Below are positions 50,711-60,428 of a stretch of DNA of 64,000 nucleotides, piece after piece; the first letter of the stretch is position 1; each line of letters begins with the position of its first letter. The notes under the pieces were generated by a model. That model did not search any database, was not told the origin of the DNA, and saw nothing but the letters and a program-made list of their open reading frames with translations. Position numbers and translations under genes: made by a program. Source of the DNA: Candidatus Helarchaeota archaeon (GTDB lineage: Archaea > Asgardarchaeota > Lokiarchaeia > Helarchaeales > RDOG01); assembly GCA_019058315.1 (NCBI GenBank), contig JAHPZH010000002.1:1261910-1325909 (forward strand). Reading direction: 5' to 3'.

Positions 50711-51775
50711 GTGAGATCAAAAATTAAGGTTGCGTTCGATAGCAGCCACAAAGAAATTTTAAAAATAGGAAAAAAGGGAGAACATGAGTGGGAAACTTGG
50801 ACTATGGCTGAAAATTTAATTCGTAATAAAGGATTTGAGATTATAATATTAGAAAAATCCCCTTTAAATTTTTCAGAACTCTCACAATATGATATTTTAG
50901 TTATTGGAGCACCTCAAACTAAATTTTCAGAAGATGAAATTTTAAGCATTGTGGAATTTGTTAAAAAGGGTGGTTGCTTATTAGCTATCAATGAACAAGG
51001 GGGGGATCTCCGTAATAATACAAATTTGTCTGAAATAACAAAAAATTTCGGAATAGAATTTAATAATGATATGATACATGATAAAGTTCATAATATTAAG
51101 GGTTATGCATATGGTCCAGTTATATCCGATTTCGAGTACTGCTCTTCTCTAACCTTTAATATACGTGAATTCAATATTTTACTGGGATGTTCCCTAACCG
51201 TTTCAAATGAAGCATTAGTAGTTGCAAGGAGTAGCAAAGATTCCTTTATCAAAATCAGAACTCCCACTGGAAAATGGAAAAAGAAAGACGAGTCTTCATT
51301 ACCTGTTTTAGCTATATATCAATCATTAGGAGAAGAGGGTAGAGTTGTTACCATTGGAGATCCTCATGTATTCTCAGACGATGACGTTGGAATGCCATTA
51401 TACAATAATAAAGTATTACTAAATAATATCATAGATTGGCTTAGTGAGCCGCTACTGACTGCAGAAGAGAAATTTTCCATTCTATCAAATAAAATTAATA
51501 AAATTTCTGATGATTTAGTGAGGTTGAAGAAAAAATTAGGGATTATTGAAATAGGTGATCCTGTTTATAGATCAGGAACATATCTACCTGATGAAATAGT
51601 AGCACGCGTCGATAAAATAGAGAGTTTAATTAGAAGAACAGATAAAAAAATTGAAGAGGATGACATTAAATATCATAAATATAGAATTAGATTGCAAATT
51701 TGGACAATAATTTTAAGTTCATTATCTATAATAGTTGTTATATTAATTGCATTATTCGTAAGACCAGGTCTATAA
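50711..51775 (+). CDS. GIFT/DUF4350-like (IFT52-like) domain + coiled coil + C-terminal TM
   Basis: VAFDSSHKE, ILVIGAPQTKFSEDEI..I.EFV.KGG.LL, TNL...FGI.FNND, GRVV.IGD. Confidence 0.75.
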   Translation: MRSKIKVAFDSSHKEILKIGKKGEHEWETWTMAENLIRNKGFEIIILEKSPLNFSELSQYDILVIGAPQTKFSEDEILSIVEFVKKGGCLLAINEQGGDLRNNTNLSEITKNFGIEFNNDMIHDKVHNIKGYAYGPVISDFEYCSSLTFNIREFNILLGCSLTVSNEALVVARSSKDSFIKIRTPTGKWKKKDESSLPVLAIYQSLGEEGRVVTIGDPHVFSDDDVGMPLYNNKVLLNNIIDWLSEPLLTAEEKFSILSNKINKISDDLVRLKKKLGIIEIGDPVYRSGTYLPDEIVARVDKIESLIRRTDKKIEEDDIKYHKYRIRLQIWTIILSSLSIIVVILIALFVRPGL

Positions 51776-51786
51776 CTATAATTTAT

Positions 51787-52611
51787 TTAATCAATACTAT
51801 ATTTCCAATTCATATGTTTCCCATTGTGACTTATTCCATACTCACCATTTTTTGTTAAAATAATTATTCCTGCAACACTTTGAGTTGTGTTTTTAAAATA
51901 ATCAATTGAACGATTAGCTGCTTCTTGAGCACTGTATCCTTGTTCAACTTGAAATATTGCATATCTTGCAAGAGTTGTTTTGATGATATCCTCGCCAATA
52001 CCAGTGCAAGAAGCTCCCCCAAACTGATTTGCGTATATACCTGCTCCAATCATCGGACAATCTCCAATACGGCCTGCTAAAGCTTTAAATAATCCTCCAG
52101 TAGATGTTCCAGTAGTAAGTTTTCCATTTTGATCTAAAACCACAGCTCCAACTGTATTTCCAATAAATTTATTAGTTGTTGATTGACCTTTAACATCTGA
52201 ATTTTTTTTTGAGATTTCAGGAATTTTATATTTTCTCCCAAACTCTCTGGCGTAATCTCCAATTAAACAAATACTATTTGTCGTATCTATTATTTTCCTC
52301 GCAATTGAAATTGGAAATTTAATATCAGAAACACCTGCCACCGCTCCACAGCGCAAATCCGAACTCATTATTCCAGCATCCATTCTTTGTCTACCATCAC
52401 TCTGTACGACAGATCCAATACCTGCATTAAAAAGACCAGAAGATTCCATGATGTTGATAATTTTCTCTACCACATCTAAAGCATCCTCCCCACCTCTTAA
52501 CATATTTAAACCAGTTTCTGAAATCTTTTCAATTAATTTTTGTCTAACTTTTTCTATATCTTTTTTAATTATTCGAGAACCGACTCCAGTATGAAGAATT
52601 AACGCTACCAT
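51787..52611 (-). CDS. Isoaspartyl peptidase / L-asparaginase (Ntn hydrolase)
   Basis: FNAG.GS, MDAGIM, TVGAV, TSTGG, GRIGD, TG.GE. Confidence 0.9.
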   Translation of the reverse strand: MVALILHTGVGSRIIKKDIEKVRQKLIEKISETGLNMLRGGEDALDVVEKIINIMESSGLFNAGIGSVVQSDGRQRMDAGIMSSDLRCGAVAGVSDIKFPISIARKIIDTTNSICLIGDYAREFGRKYKIPEISKKNSDVKGQSTTNKFIGNTVGAVVLDQNGKLTTGTSTGGLFKALAGRIGDCPMIGAGIYANQFGGASCTGIGEDIIKTTLARYAIFQVEQGYSAQEAANRSIDYFKNTTQSVAGIIILTKNGEYGISHNGKHMNWKYSID

Positions 52612-52704
52612 TTTAAATCACCATGCAAAATAAACAAATTAATAAAACTAATCACGTTTGTAAATTTTTAAATTGTAATTATTTTAAAAAGATGGTTATT
52701 TTTT

Positions 52705-54138
52705 ATGAAAAATATTAAAGAAGTCTTAAAACCATTCTTTTATCCAAAAAATGTAGCGGTAATCGGAGCTTCAACTAAACCATTTAAATTTGGTAACTGG
52801 TTCTTAAAGGCACTTATTGGCTTCGGATATAAAGGAAAAATTTACCCCATAAATCCTCATGGAATTGATATATATGGTCTAAAAAGTTTTAAAAAATTGA
52901 ATGATGTTCCTGAACCAGTTGATCTAGTTTATATTACTGTACCTGCTAGCAAGACTCTAGACAGCTTCATTGAATGTGTTGAGGAGAAAATTAAAGCTGT
53001 GATAATTTTAACTGCAGGTTTTAAAGAAACTGGAGATCCAAATTCCATTAAAGTAGAAAACGAACTTTCCCGATTGGCACAGGAATCAGATACACGAATT
53101 ATAGGACCCAATTGTTTTGGAGTTTATTGCCCTGAAGGAGGTTTAACTTTACTTCCCGGAGAAGAATTCTCCAAAGAGACGGGAAGTGTTGCTTTACTCT
53201 CACAATCTGGTGGAGTGGCAGTAGAATTTACCAGATTAGCACATACTTATGGAATAAATTTTAGTAAAGTCGTAAGTTATGGAAATGCTTGTGATATTTC
53301 TGCTGCAGATCTTATTAATTATTTAGCAGATGATCCTCAAACCAAAATAATTGCTGGTTATTTTGAGGGGATGAAAAATGGGGGTGAATTTTTACAAAGT
53401 GTTAAAAAACTAAAAAAGCCTTTAATATTATGGAAGGGTGGTTTAACTGAAGCAGGAAGTAGAGCTTCTTTCTCTCATACTGGTTATCTAGCTAGTAAAC
53501 CTGGAATTTGGAATGGTATTTACAAACAATTTCCTAATGTTATCAGGTCAGATTCTCTACAAGAAATGTTCGATACATTAATTGCTATGCTAAAACTACC
53601 TTCTCCATCTGGAAGAAATTTAGGGATTATTGGTGGTGGGGGTGCAATTGGTGTAGCATTATCTGATATGGCAAATAGAATGAAGCTGAATGTTCCAAAA
53701 TTACCTCCGGAAGTCAAAACTGAGGTGAAAAAAAATTTACCATTAGATGGGTCTGTTGCTGCTAACCCTGTTGATTTAGGAAACCCAGTTTATAGAACTA
53801 CAACTTCATTTAAGAATATTTTACATATTTTGATTAATGATCCGACAATTAACATTATTGTTAATGACCAAATTTCTTCACATATTGAGAAAAGCGATTT
53901 ACGCTCTTTAAAACGTATTTTAAAGAAATCTAGGCAAGAAAAGAATTTTCCAATAATTGTAGTTTTAAGACAAGTTTCGCAAAGGAAAGATGAATTAGAC
54001 GAGGAAGAAAAACATAGAGATGCGAGAGATTCTTATCTATCCTATGATATTCCAGTTTATGATTCTTTCTTTAGAGCTATGAGAGCTATTAGAAATTATG
54101 TTCAATATTATGAAAAAAATAAGAACATTTCAAAATAA
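52705..54138 (+). CDS. Acyl-CoA synthetase (NDP-forming) alpha subunit
   Basis: PKNVAVIGAS, GPNC, SQSGG, SYGN, SHTG, NPVD. Confidence 0.88.
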   Translation: MKNIKEVLKPFFYPKNVAVIGASTKPFKFGNWFLKALIGFGYKGKIYPINPHGIDIYGLKSFKKLNDVPEPVDLVYITVPASKTLDSFIECVEEKIKAVIILTAGFKETGDPNSIKVENELSRLAQESDTRIIGPNCFGVYCPEGGLTLLPGEEFSKETGSVALLSQSGGVAVEFTRLAHTYGINFSKVVSYGNACDISAADLINYLADDPQTKIIAGYFEGMKNGGEFLQSVKKLKKPLILWKGGLTEAGSRASFSHTGYLASKPGIWNGIYKQFPNVIRSDSLQEMFDTLIAMLKLPSPSGRNLGIIGGGGAIGVALSDMANRMKLNVPKLPPEVKTEVKKNLPLDGSVAANPVDLGNPVYRTTTSFKNILHILINDPTINIIVNDQISSHIEKSDLRSLKRILKKSRQEKNFPIIVVLRQVSQRKDELDEEEKHRDARDSYLSYDIPVYDSFFRAMRAIRNYVQYYEKNKNISK

Positions 54139-54265
54139 TTTTAATTCATTTAATCAAAATATAAATATTATTTCCCTAATTGCGTTTTCTTCGTAAATTA
54201 TTTAATAGTTATATAATAAATATTCAAAAATCAACATAAATTTTATAAATATCTGAAAATTTAAT

Positions 54266-55057
54266 TTGCTTATTATTGAATTAATAAAATATGGATCAAG
54301 AAAAATGTCAGATGAGGAAACTAAATCCGATTCCGAGATTTCTAAAAAAGACATTCGTAATGTATTAATTTTTACTATAATTCTTGCGGGGTTAAATTTA
54401 TTATATTTCTTGTATATTGCGGTTGAGTTCACAGCTTTAGATTACGCAGTGATTTTAGGTATTGGAGTTCTTGCAGTTGCACCAGCTTACTTAGCCAATG
54501 CTGGTATGGCACTTGTAGGAGGTGGACGACCTATTGATGGAGGGCATTTATTTTTTGATGGCGAAAGAATATTTGGTAATGGAAAAACAATCAAAGGATT
54601 TCTTGGAGGATTTGCCATTGGAGCAATTGGAGGTTATTGGTTAGCTCTATTAAACCCAATAATAAGAGATTTTGCAGCTGCACAAATTCTACCACCTTTT
54701 CCTTGGGTTCAATCCCTAAAATTAGTCACTCCTGATGAGGTCTTTGCAGTTCTGGGCTACGACTTAATAACGAATTGGGATATTACTTATATTTTTAGAA
54801 TACAATTATTGGCAGTTGGAGCTCCATTAGGAGATCTTGCAGGATCATTTTTAAAAAGAAGATTCAAAGTCAAACGAGGAGGTCAATTCCCAATGTTAGA
54901 TCAAGTTGACTTTGTATTAGTCGCAATTGGCTTAGCATACCCACTATTTTGGCTCCGGCTGCACTATATACTTGTCTTAATTCTACTAACTCCACTAATT
55001 GCTTTGTTAGGAAACTGGGTTGCTTATAAAATAGGTAAAAAAACAGTACCGTGGTAA
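54266..55057 (+). CDS. carS: CDP-archaeol synthase (likely start ATG 54305)
   Basis: PAYLAN, GGRPIDGG, GNGKT, GDLAGSFLKRR, P.LDQ.DF. Confidence 0.9.
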   Translation: MLIIELIKYGSRKMSDEETKSDSEISKKDIRNVLIFTIILAGLNLLYFLYIAVEFTALDYAVILGIGVLAVAPAYLANAGMALVGGGRPIDGGHLFFDGERIFGNGKTIKGFLGGFAIGAIGGYWLALLNPIIRDFAAAQILPPFPWVQSLKLVTPDEVFAVLGYDLITNWDITYIFRIQLLAVGAPLGDLAGSFLKRRFKVKRGGQFPMLDQVDFVLVAIGLAYPLFWLRLHYILVLILLTPLIALLGNWVAYKIGKKTVPW

Positions 55058-55157
55058 CTTTTATATTTTATAATTAATTTTGAGAATAAAACTCCAACCT
55101 AGATTAACAATTAAATAAATTGAAAATAATAAATTTCAAAAAAAAGAATAATTGTTG

Positions 55158-56750
55158 TTATTTTACCTCTTGTTTTTTAAGGATAACTAAAAGTACAAAT
55201 CCCCCTATTATAAAAATTACCATTACTACAATAGGTAGAGTCATATTTGTTGGCTTATCTAATTCTAAAAGAAGTAAAAATGATAAATCTAGACCACCGC
55301 CTCCCGAGGGTCTGTAGGTACCATTCACTATACCTTGCACATATATATCATCATTTGCATTTCCAGTTCTCTCATCATGCCATGCAATATATGCACCTCC
55401 AGTTATATTACTGCATATCACAGGGGTTTTTTGATCACCTCCGGCTGTACATACAGGAGCTCCACTTCTGGTCCAATTTATAGAACCATCTGATTTGATC
55501 CATTGAGCAAAAATATTTTCAGTTTGCGTCCAAACAACAAATGCACCACCACCATTATCGCTACAAAGATCAAAATTTTCTTCATATTTAGATGAGTTGC
55601 AAATCGCTGTACCGTTAGATGTCCATAAAACAGTTCCCGCAGAATTTATTCTCTGTGCATAAACATCGTTGGATGTTCCAGACCTGAAATCTCTCCATGC
55701 AATTATTGCACCATTAAAACCATCATGAATTACTTTTGGATAATATTGATTTCCTAATCCTATACATACACCCATTCCATTTGAACCCCACAGTTCTGTC
55801 CCAGCTGAATTTAACCGTTGTACATAAATATCATAAGCACCCGTTCTAGTGTCTTGCCACGTGATTAAAGCACCACCAGCCCCATCGGAAGAAATTCGAG
55901 GGTTGCCTACATTCCCAACCACGGCACAGACAGCTGATCCATTCTGAGCCCATTGTATATCTCCTGTAGAATTAATCCTCTGAGCATAAATGTCAAAATC
56001 AGTTGCTTGGCGTCTCCAAGCTACAATTGCACTATTAACTCCATCAAAACAAATTTGTGGGGAATATTCACTATCATTATGTATGGAGGCAACGGTTTCC
56101 GTTGGCCAAACTAAACCTCCAGTGGAATTTATTCTTTGTACAAATACATCATAATTAGAATTTCGATTATCACGCCATGTAACATATACACCACCAGATC
56201 CATCAGTACAAATTGCATAGTCATAACGACTTATTGTTTCTGGTGCTGCTGCTGTACCATTTGCTTGCCATTGAGCGTGCCCAGTTGAATTAATCCGTTG
56301 CACATAAGGAGTCTGAAATCCACTTCTTGAATCACGCCACAATATGATTGCACCACCTGCTCCATCACTAATAATTTGCTCAATATTTGCATTGTAATCT
56401 AAATTAAAAATAGTTACTCCATCAGTCGTCCAATATATCTGCCCACTTCCATTTATACGTTGAGCATAAATGGCATAACTCGGCCCTCCTCTACCGTCTT
56501 GCCAAGCGATAATTGCTCCACCCACCATATCTGAACATATCTTCGGAAAAAGTTGTTGATTTGCTTCCCCGCAAATTTTCAGACCATTTTTATTCAATAT
56601 TATATACGCACTAACATTTAATGGCATCTTTGAATCTGTATTAGCTTGAATCTGTAATATATTGAAATTCGGAGTAGAATTTAAAGCAATAGAACCGATT
56701 AAGAGAAAAATAGATAAAATTGTAGAGATTAAAATATATTTTTGTTTCAT
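55158..56750 (-). CDS. Cell-surface 8-repeat beta-propeller protein, diverged paralog of 48438
   Basis: Signal peptide; 8 degenerate 'DG.GG....W.D.R....IY.QRI...G...W' units; C-terminal TM. Confidence 0.82.
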   Translation of the reverse strand: MKQKYILISTILSIFLLIGSIALNSTPNFNILQIQANTDSKMPLNVSAYIILNKNGLKICGEANQQLFPKICSDMVGGAIIAWQDGRGGPSYAIYAQRINGSGQIYWTTDGVTIFNLDYNANIEQIISDGAGGAIILWRDSRSGFQTPYVQRINSTGHAQWQANGTAAAPETISRYDYAICTDGSGGVYVTWRDNRNSNYDVFVQRINSTGGLVWPTETVASIHNDSEYSPQICFDGVNSAIVAWRRQATDFDIYAQRINSTGDIQWAQNGSAVCAVVGNVGNPRISSDGAGGALITWQDTRTGAYDIYVQRLNSAGTELWGSNGMGVCIGLGNQYYPKVIHDGFNGAIIAWRDFRSGTSNDVYAQRINSAGTVLWTSNGTAICNSSKYEENFDLCSDNGGGAFVVWTQTENIFAQWIKSDGSINWTRSGAPVCTAGGDQKTPVICSNITGGAYIAWHDERTGNANDDIYVQGIVNGTYRPSGGGGLDLSFLLLLELDKPTNMTLPIVVMVIFIIGGFVLLVILKKQEVK

Positions 56751-56833
56751 ATGATCAATTCCATTAATAATTATACTCTCTAACTCTAATTTGGATTGAA
56801 ATATTTATTATTAACAATATAATATAAATATTA

Positions 56834-57919
56834 TCATTTTTCAACCTTATTAAAAAAGGATGCTGTTCCCTCCTCAAATTTTTTTAAATATGTTAAATAA
56901 TTTGGGTCGTTAATTTTCTTTGCGACTGATTTCATAGCTTCAAATGCATCTGAATAAAATCCTATTTCACTATCTGCAAGATATACTGCATTCTCATAAC
57001 AAATTTGAGCATTTATTAGTTGATTTTTTTTCTCAAATTGTTTTCCTTCAGTCAGAAAAGTTTCCCAAGAGCCCCAAAAATTTATAGATCCATCTGCAGT
57101 TCCTTTTATTAAATCCCAAAATGGTTTTCCCTTATATGAAGTATCTTTACTGACCACCATTGCGGACACTTTTATAAAATCAGTAATTTGCTTCATATCA
57201 TGGGTAAATCTTCTATGAAAGACTTCATAAGCAGTTTCAACATCTATTCTTTCCACAGCATCGTCCTCAAAAATGATATCATCATCTGGAAGTTTATACA
57301 TTTGATATAATCCCTTATTGAAAAAAGAATATTTAAAAACAAAATCTTTCCATATATTAAGCTTGGGATTTTTTTCTTTTAACTCTAAAAATTCAATTAT
57401 ATAAGAATTTGGTTCAACATACTTATAATATTTCCCTGCTTCTTCTTTCCCAGGGTAAGTATTTTTTATATCGTCCCAATCCAAATTAGATAGTGTCTTT
57501 TCCATCCAATCATAAATTTTTTTATTTTCAAATCTCTTTAGGATTTTTAAAAATTCATCTTTATGCTCTAAAGTGTCAAAGAAACTTCCTTGTCCAATGC
57601 CTTCAACTAAATCATGAACTAAGTAAACAGGTAACCATCTTTTTATTGATGATGCTATTACTTCTATTTCGCTTTGTTCCTCGTTATATATTGCTATTGG
57701 ATATTCTTCAACCTTCATGTTGGGCAGAGGACATAGCACCAGAAAATCATGTCCCGTACTTCCAATTTCGTACATCGCCATGACACCAAAATTAGTGGCA
57801 AAATGATCCTTATTACAACAAACAAACTCATGATCCCAGGTCAAATCTAAACCAAAACCATCTAAATCTGGAATTAATTTACCATAATTTTTATCAAAAT
57901 TATCGAGATTATTACTCAT
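56834..57919 (-). CDS. Hypothetical acidic protein (possible SUKH-like N-terminus, TPR-like C-terminus)
   Basis: Long ORF; 'YPIAIYNEE...IASSIKRWL'; 'AQICYENA'. Confidence 0.6.
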   Translation of the reverse strand: MSNNLDNFDKNYGKLIPDLDGFGLDLTWDHEFVCCNKDHFATNFGVMAMYEIGSTGHDFLVLCPLPNMKVEEYPIAIYNEEQSEIEVIASSIKRWLPVYLVHDLVEGIGQGSFFDTLEHKDEFLKILKRFENKKIYDWMEKTLSNLDWDDIKNTYPGKEEAGKYYKYVEPNSYIIEFLELKEKNPKLNIWKDFVFKYSFFNKGLYQMYKLPDDDIIFEDDAVERIDVETAYEVFHRRFTHDMKQITDFIKVSAMVVSKDTSYKGKPFWDLIKGTADGSINFWGSWETFLTEGKQFEKKNQLINAQICYENAVYLADSEIGFYSDAFEAMKSVAKKINDPNYLTYLKKFEEGTASFFNKVEK

Positions 57920-58029
57920 CTTAATTCTTCCAATAAACTAATTGATTTTAATAAATAATTACTTTTAATCTGATTACAATTAGAGAGTGTTAGATAATTA
58001 TTTCTATGAGTAATTTTATTCTTAATATC

Positions 58030-58800
58030 TTATTGGGTTTGAATTAATTGATGTAATTCTGGTAAAAATATGTCACTTTTTTGAGGTTCTGAAAGTTTTT
58101 CAGTTATAGAAGAAATCTTTCTTCCAGGAATGCTTATTTCCAGTGGAAAATCTTCTTTTCTTATTTCCCCTGAACAAATATATCCAAATTTAAATGTATT
58201 TTTAGCCAATTCTGGTATAATTTTCCAAATTTGATAAATATTTTTATCTTTAGTTTCCAAAGTTGTTTGTATTGATTTTGGCATCTTTTTAATAATTTTC
58301 AAATCTTTAGGAATTAATTCTTTAATAAAAAGTTCTGAAACCGATTTATAAAATTTTAAGTAAAAACTAACGATTTTTTCGTTTTTTTCTATATTAGGTT
58401 CAACAATCTTTACTATATCCACTATAGGTTTATTTTTATTCTTAGCTTTAACTGAAACTTTATTAAGTATGTAATAATTAGGTTCAATTTCGATTTTTGG
58501 CACTACAACCGGTTTGGGTATTGGTTTTATTTTGTTCTCTTTTCTTTTAACCTTTTTTACTTTTACAGGTTTAATTTTTTCGGGTTTTACCTTTTTTACT
58601 TTGATTTTAGTAGGTTTTATTTTAAATGTTTTTTTTAATCTCAAAGCTTTCCAAATTCGTTTATATGCAGCAAATGTAGATTTGGTAATGTAATGCTTAT
58701 TTGATTCGTTGAATTCTTTAGCATTCTTATAATCAAATGGATCTATCTTATCTATAACAAACCATCTTTTTTCATAATTTGATCTAGTCTTCCTATTCAT
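58030..58800 (-). CDS. Hypothetical protein: basic Lys/Pro linker + beta-sandwich domain paralogous to the C-terminus of 58820
   Basis: Shared motifs EPNI, W.I.P, FGYICSGE, FLPELH. Confidence 0.75.
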   Translation of the reverse strand: MNRKTRSNYEKRWFVIDKIDPFDYKNAKEFNESNKHYITKSTFAAYKRIWKALRLKKTFKIKPTKIKVKKVKPEKIKPVKVKKVKRKENKIKPIPKPVVVPKIEIEPNYYILNKVSVKAKNKNKPIVDIVKIVEPNIEKNEKIVSFYLKFYKSVSELFIKELIPKDLKIIKKMPKSIQTTLETKDKNIYQIWKIIPELAKNTFKFGYICSGEIRKEDFPLEISIPGRKISSITEKLSEPQKSDIFLPELHQLIQTQ

Positions 58801-58819
58801 GTCTTATATCCTGCAATAT

Positions 58820-60385
58820 TCATTTAAATCTTCTATTTTTTTGTAAAAAGTAATGAAGTTCGGGAAGAAAAAAGGTTCGTTTTTCCATTTGCGGAGAACT
58901 TTCATTTTTTAAATCAATTTTCAATTCTGGAATGTGTAATTCAATAGGAAATTCATTAATCACGGTCTCCCCAGAACAAATATAACCAAATTCAAATTGA
59001 TTTTTATGAATTTTAGGAACGATTTTCCAAACTTGTATGATATTATCATCTATAATTTCTAAAGATTTTTCGATTGAATCGGGATATTGCATGGTTACAT
59101 TAACATTATTTGGAATTTTCTCCTTAATATAAATTTCTTTAATTTTATCGTTAAGTTTTATGTAGAAACTTATTAGAAACTCGTAAAATTGAATATTAGG
59201 TTCTGTTATTCTAACTATTTCCAATATTGGAACGTCTTGTGATTCTGCCTTTAATATGAATTTATTTAAAACATAAAATTCGTGCTCTGACAGCAAATAG
59301 GTGTGTTTTAGGCTTTTTCCAATTTCTAGTGGAGAATATGTCCATTTAATTAGTTGATCTAACTCCATTTTTTGTAAATTTAGACCATAAGGATCTGTTG
59401 GTCTCGCTTCGAGTAAATTAAATGTTTTAGGAATTTGATCTTCTATAATTAAATTATCAATTATTTCTTGAATGTTTGAAAAACTGTCAGATGCTGTATA
59501 GTTTTTTTCAAAAGGAATAATATTAAAATAAGTATTCAAGATATTAACAGCATCTCCGATATTCATCAATATTGTTCTAGATATTCTTCTTTCTAAATTT
59601 AGTTTAATTTTTGCTTCTTGCTTAATTTGGATTTCTGGAATTACCCAACTTAATTGTAGACCGTCATCAAGAAGTTTTTTTGCAGGATCGATGGTTTTAA
59701 ATCCTATAGTTTCATAATTTTTTACTTTATATCCATAAGGAACTATGTTATTAACCATCACATCTTTTAATGGAACATCTAATGGGTTTTCAAATGAAAC
59801 TGTACAAGAATATTTTTTTACATCTTTTTCTTGCCTTTCAATCTCATTTTCAGTTTCAAACGTGTGCATTTTATTATCTTGATCAAAATAAAATATCGAA
59901 CTTTTAATTTTAGTAGGGATTTCTTCTATTAAATTGTCGATTTCCTCCGAAAGAAACTCAGTTCTATTTGTAGCAGGAAGGTCTAAATCGATTTTTCGTA
60001 TTTTTGCTTTAACATCAGGATCTTTAATATCTAAAGTTTTTGCAAGAAATGCCTCTTCCTCTGCCTTATCTATTTTATTATATATAGCATTAAGTATCGT
60101 TTGATAGTCGAAATCAGGGTATCCAAGCCATTCTAAATAATCTGATAACCATGTAGCCATTTTGCGTGGATAAATATCCAATTTCGCTTCATTTTGCCAA
60201 AAATCAGCAATATGATCTATTAACGCCTCAAAACTATTTACAATTATTTCATTGGTTTTTCTTTTTGAAATATAGTACTCAATTCTAACAAAAATAACTT
60301 CTAACTTTTCTATGGTTTCTAGTAATTCAAGTCGAATTCCATAAGTAATAGACCCTAATAGGTTCTTAATTTGCCATTTAGACAT
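58820..60385 (-). CDS. Cytoplasmic protein with three beta-sandwich-like modules
   Basis: Three recurrences of '(N/D/E).(I/V)P...W'; no signal peptide. Confidence 0.72.
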   Translation of the reverse strand: MSKWQIKNLLGSITYGIRLELLETIEKLEVIFVRIEYYISKRKTNEIIVNSFEALIDHIADFWQNEAKLDIYPRKMATWLSDYLEWLGYPDFDYQTILNAIYNKIDKAEEEAFLAKTLDIKDPDVKAKIRKIDLDLPATNRTEFLSEEIDNLIEEIPTKIKSSIFYFDQDNKMHTFETENEIERQEKDVKKYSCTVSFENPLDVPLKDVMVNNIVPYGYKVKNYETIGFKTIDPAKKLLDDGLQLSWVIPEIQIKQEAKIKLNLERRISRTILMNIGDAVNILNTYFNIIPFEKNYTASDSFSNIQEIIDNLIIEDQIPKTFNLLEARPTDPYGLNLQKMELDQLIKWTYSPLEIGKSLKHTYLLSEHEFYVLNKFILKAESQDVPILEIVRITEPNIQFYEFLISFYIKLNDKIKEIYIKEKIPNNVNVTMQYPDSIEKSLEIIDDNIIQVWKIVPKIHKNQFEFGYICSGETVINEFPIELHIPELKIDLKNESSPQMEKRTFFLPELHYFLQKNRRFK

Positions 60386-60428
60386 TTTCTACTCCGAGTA
60401 ATTTTAAAAAAATTGAGAATGATTGTTT

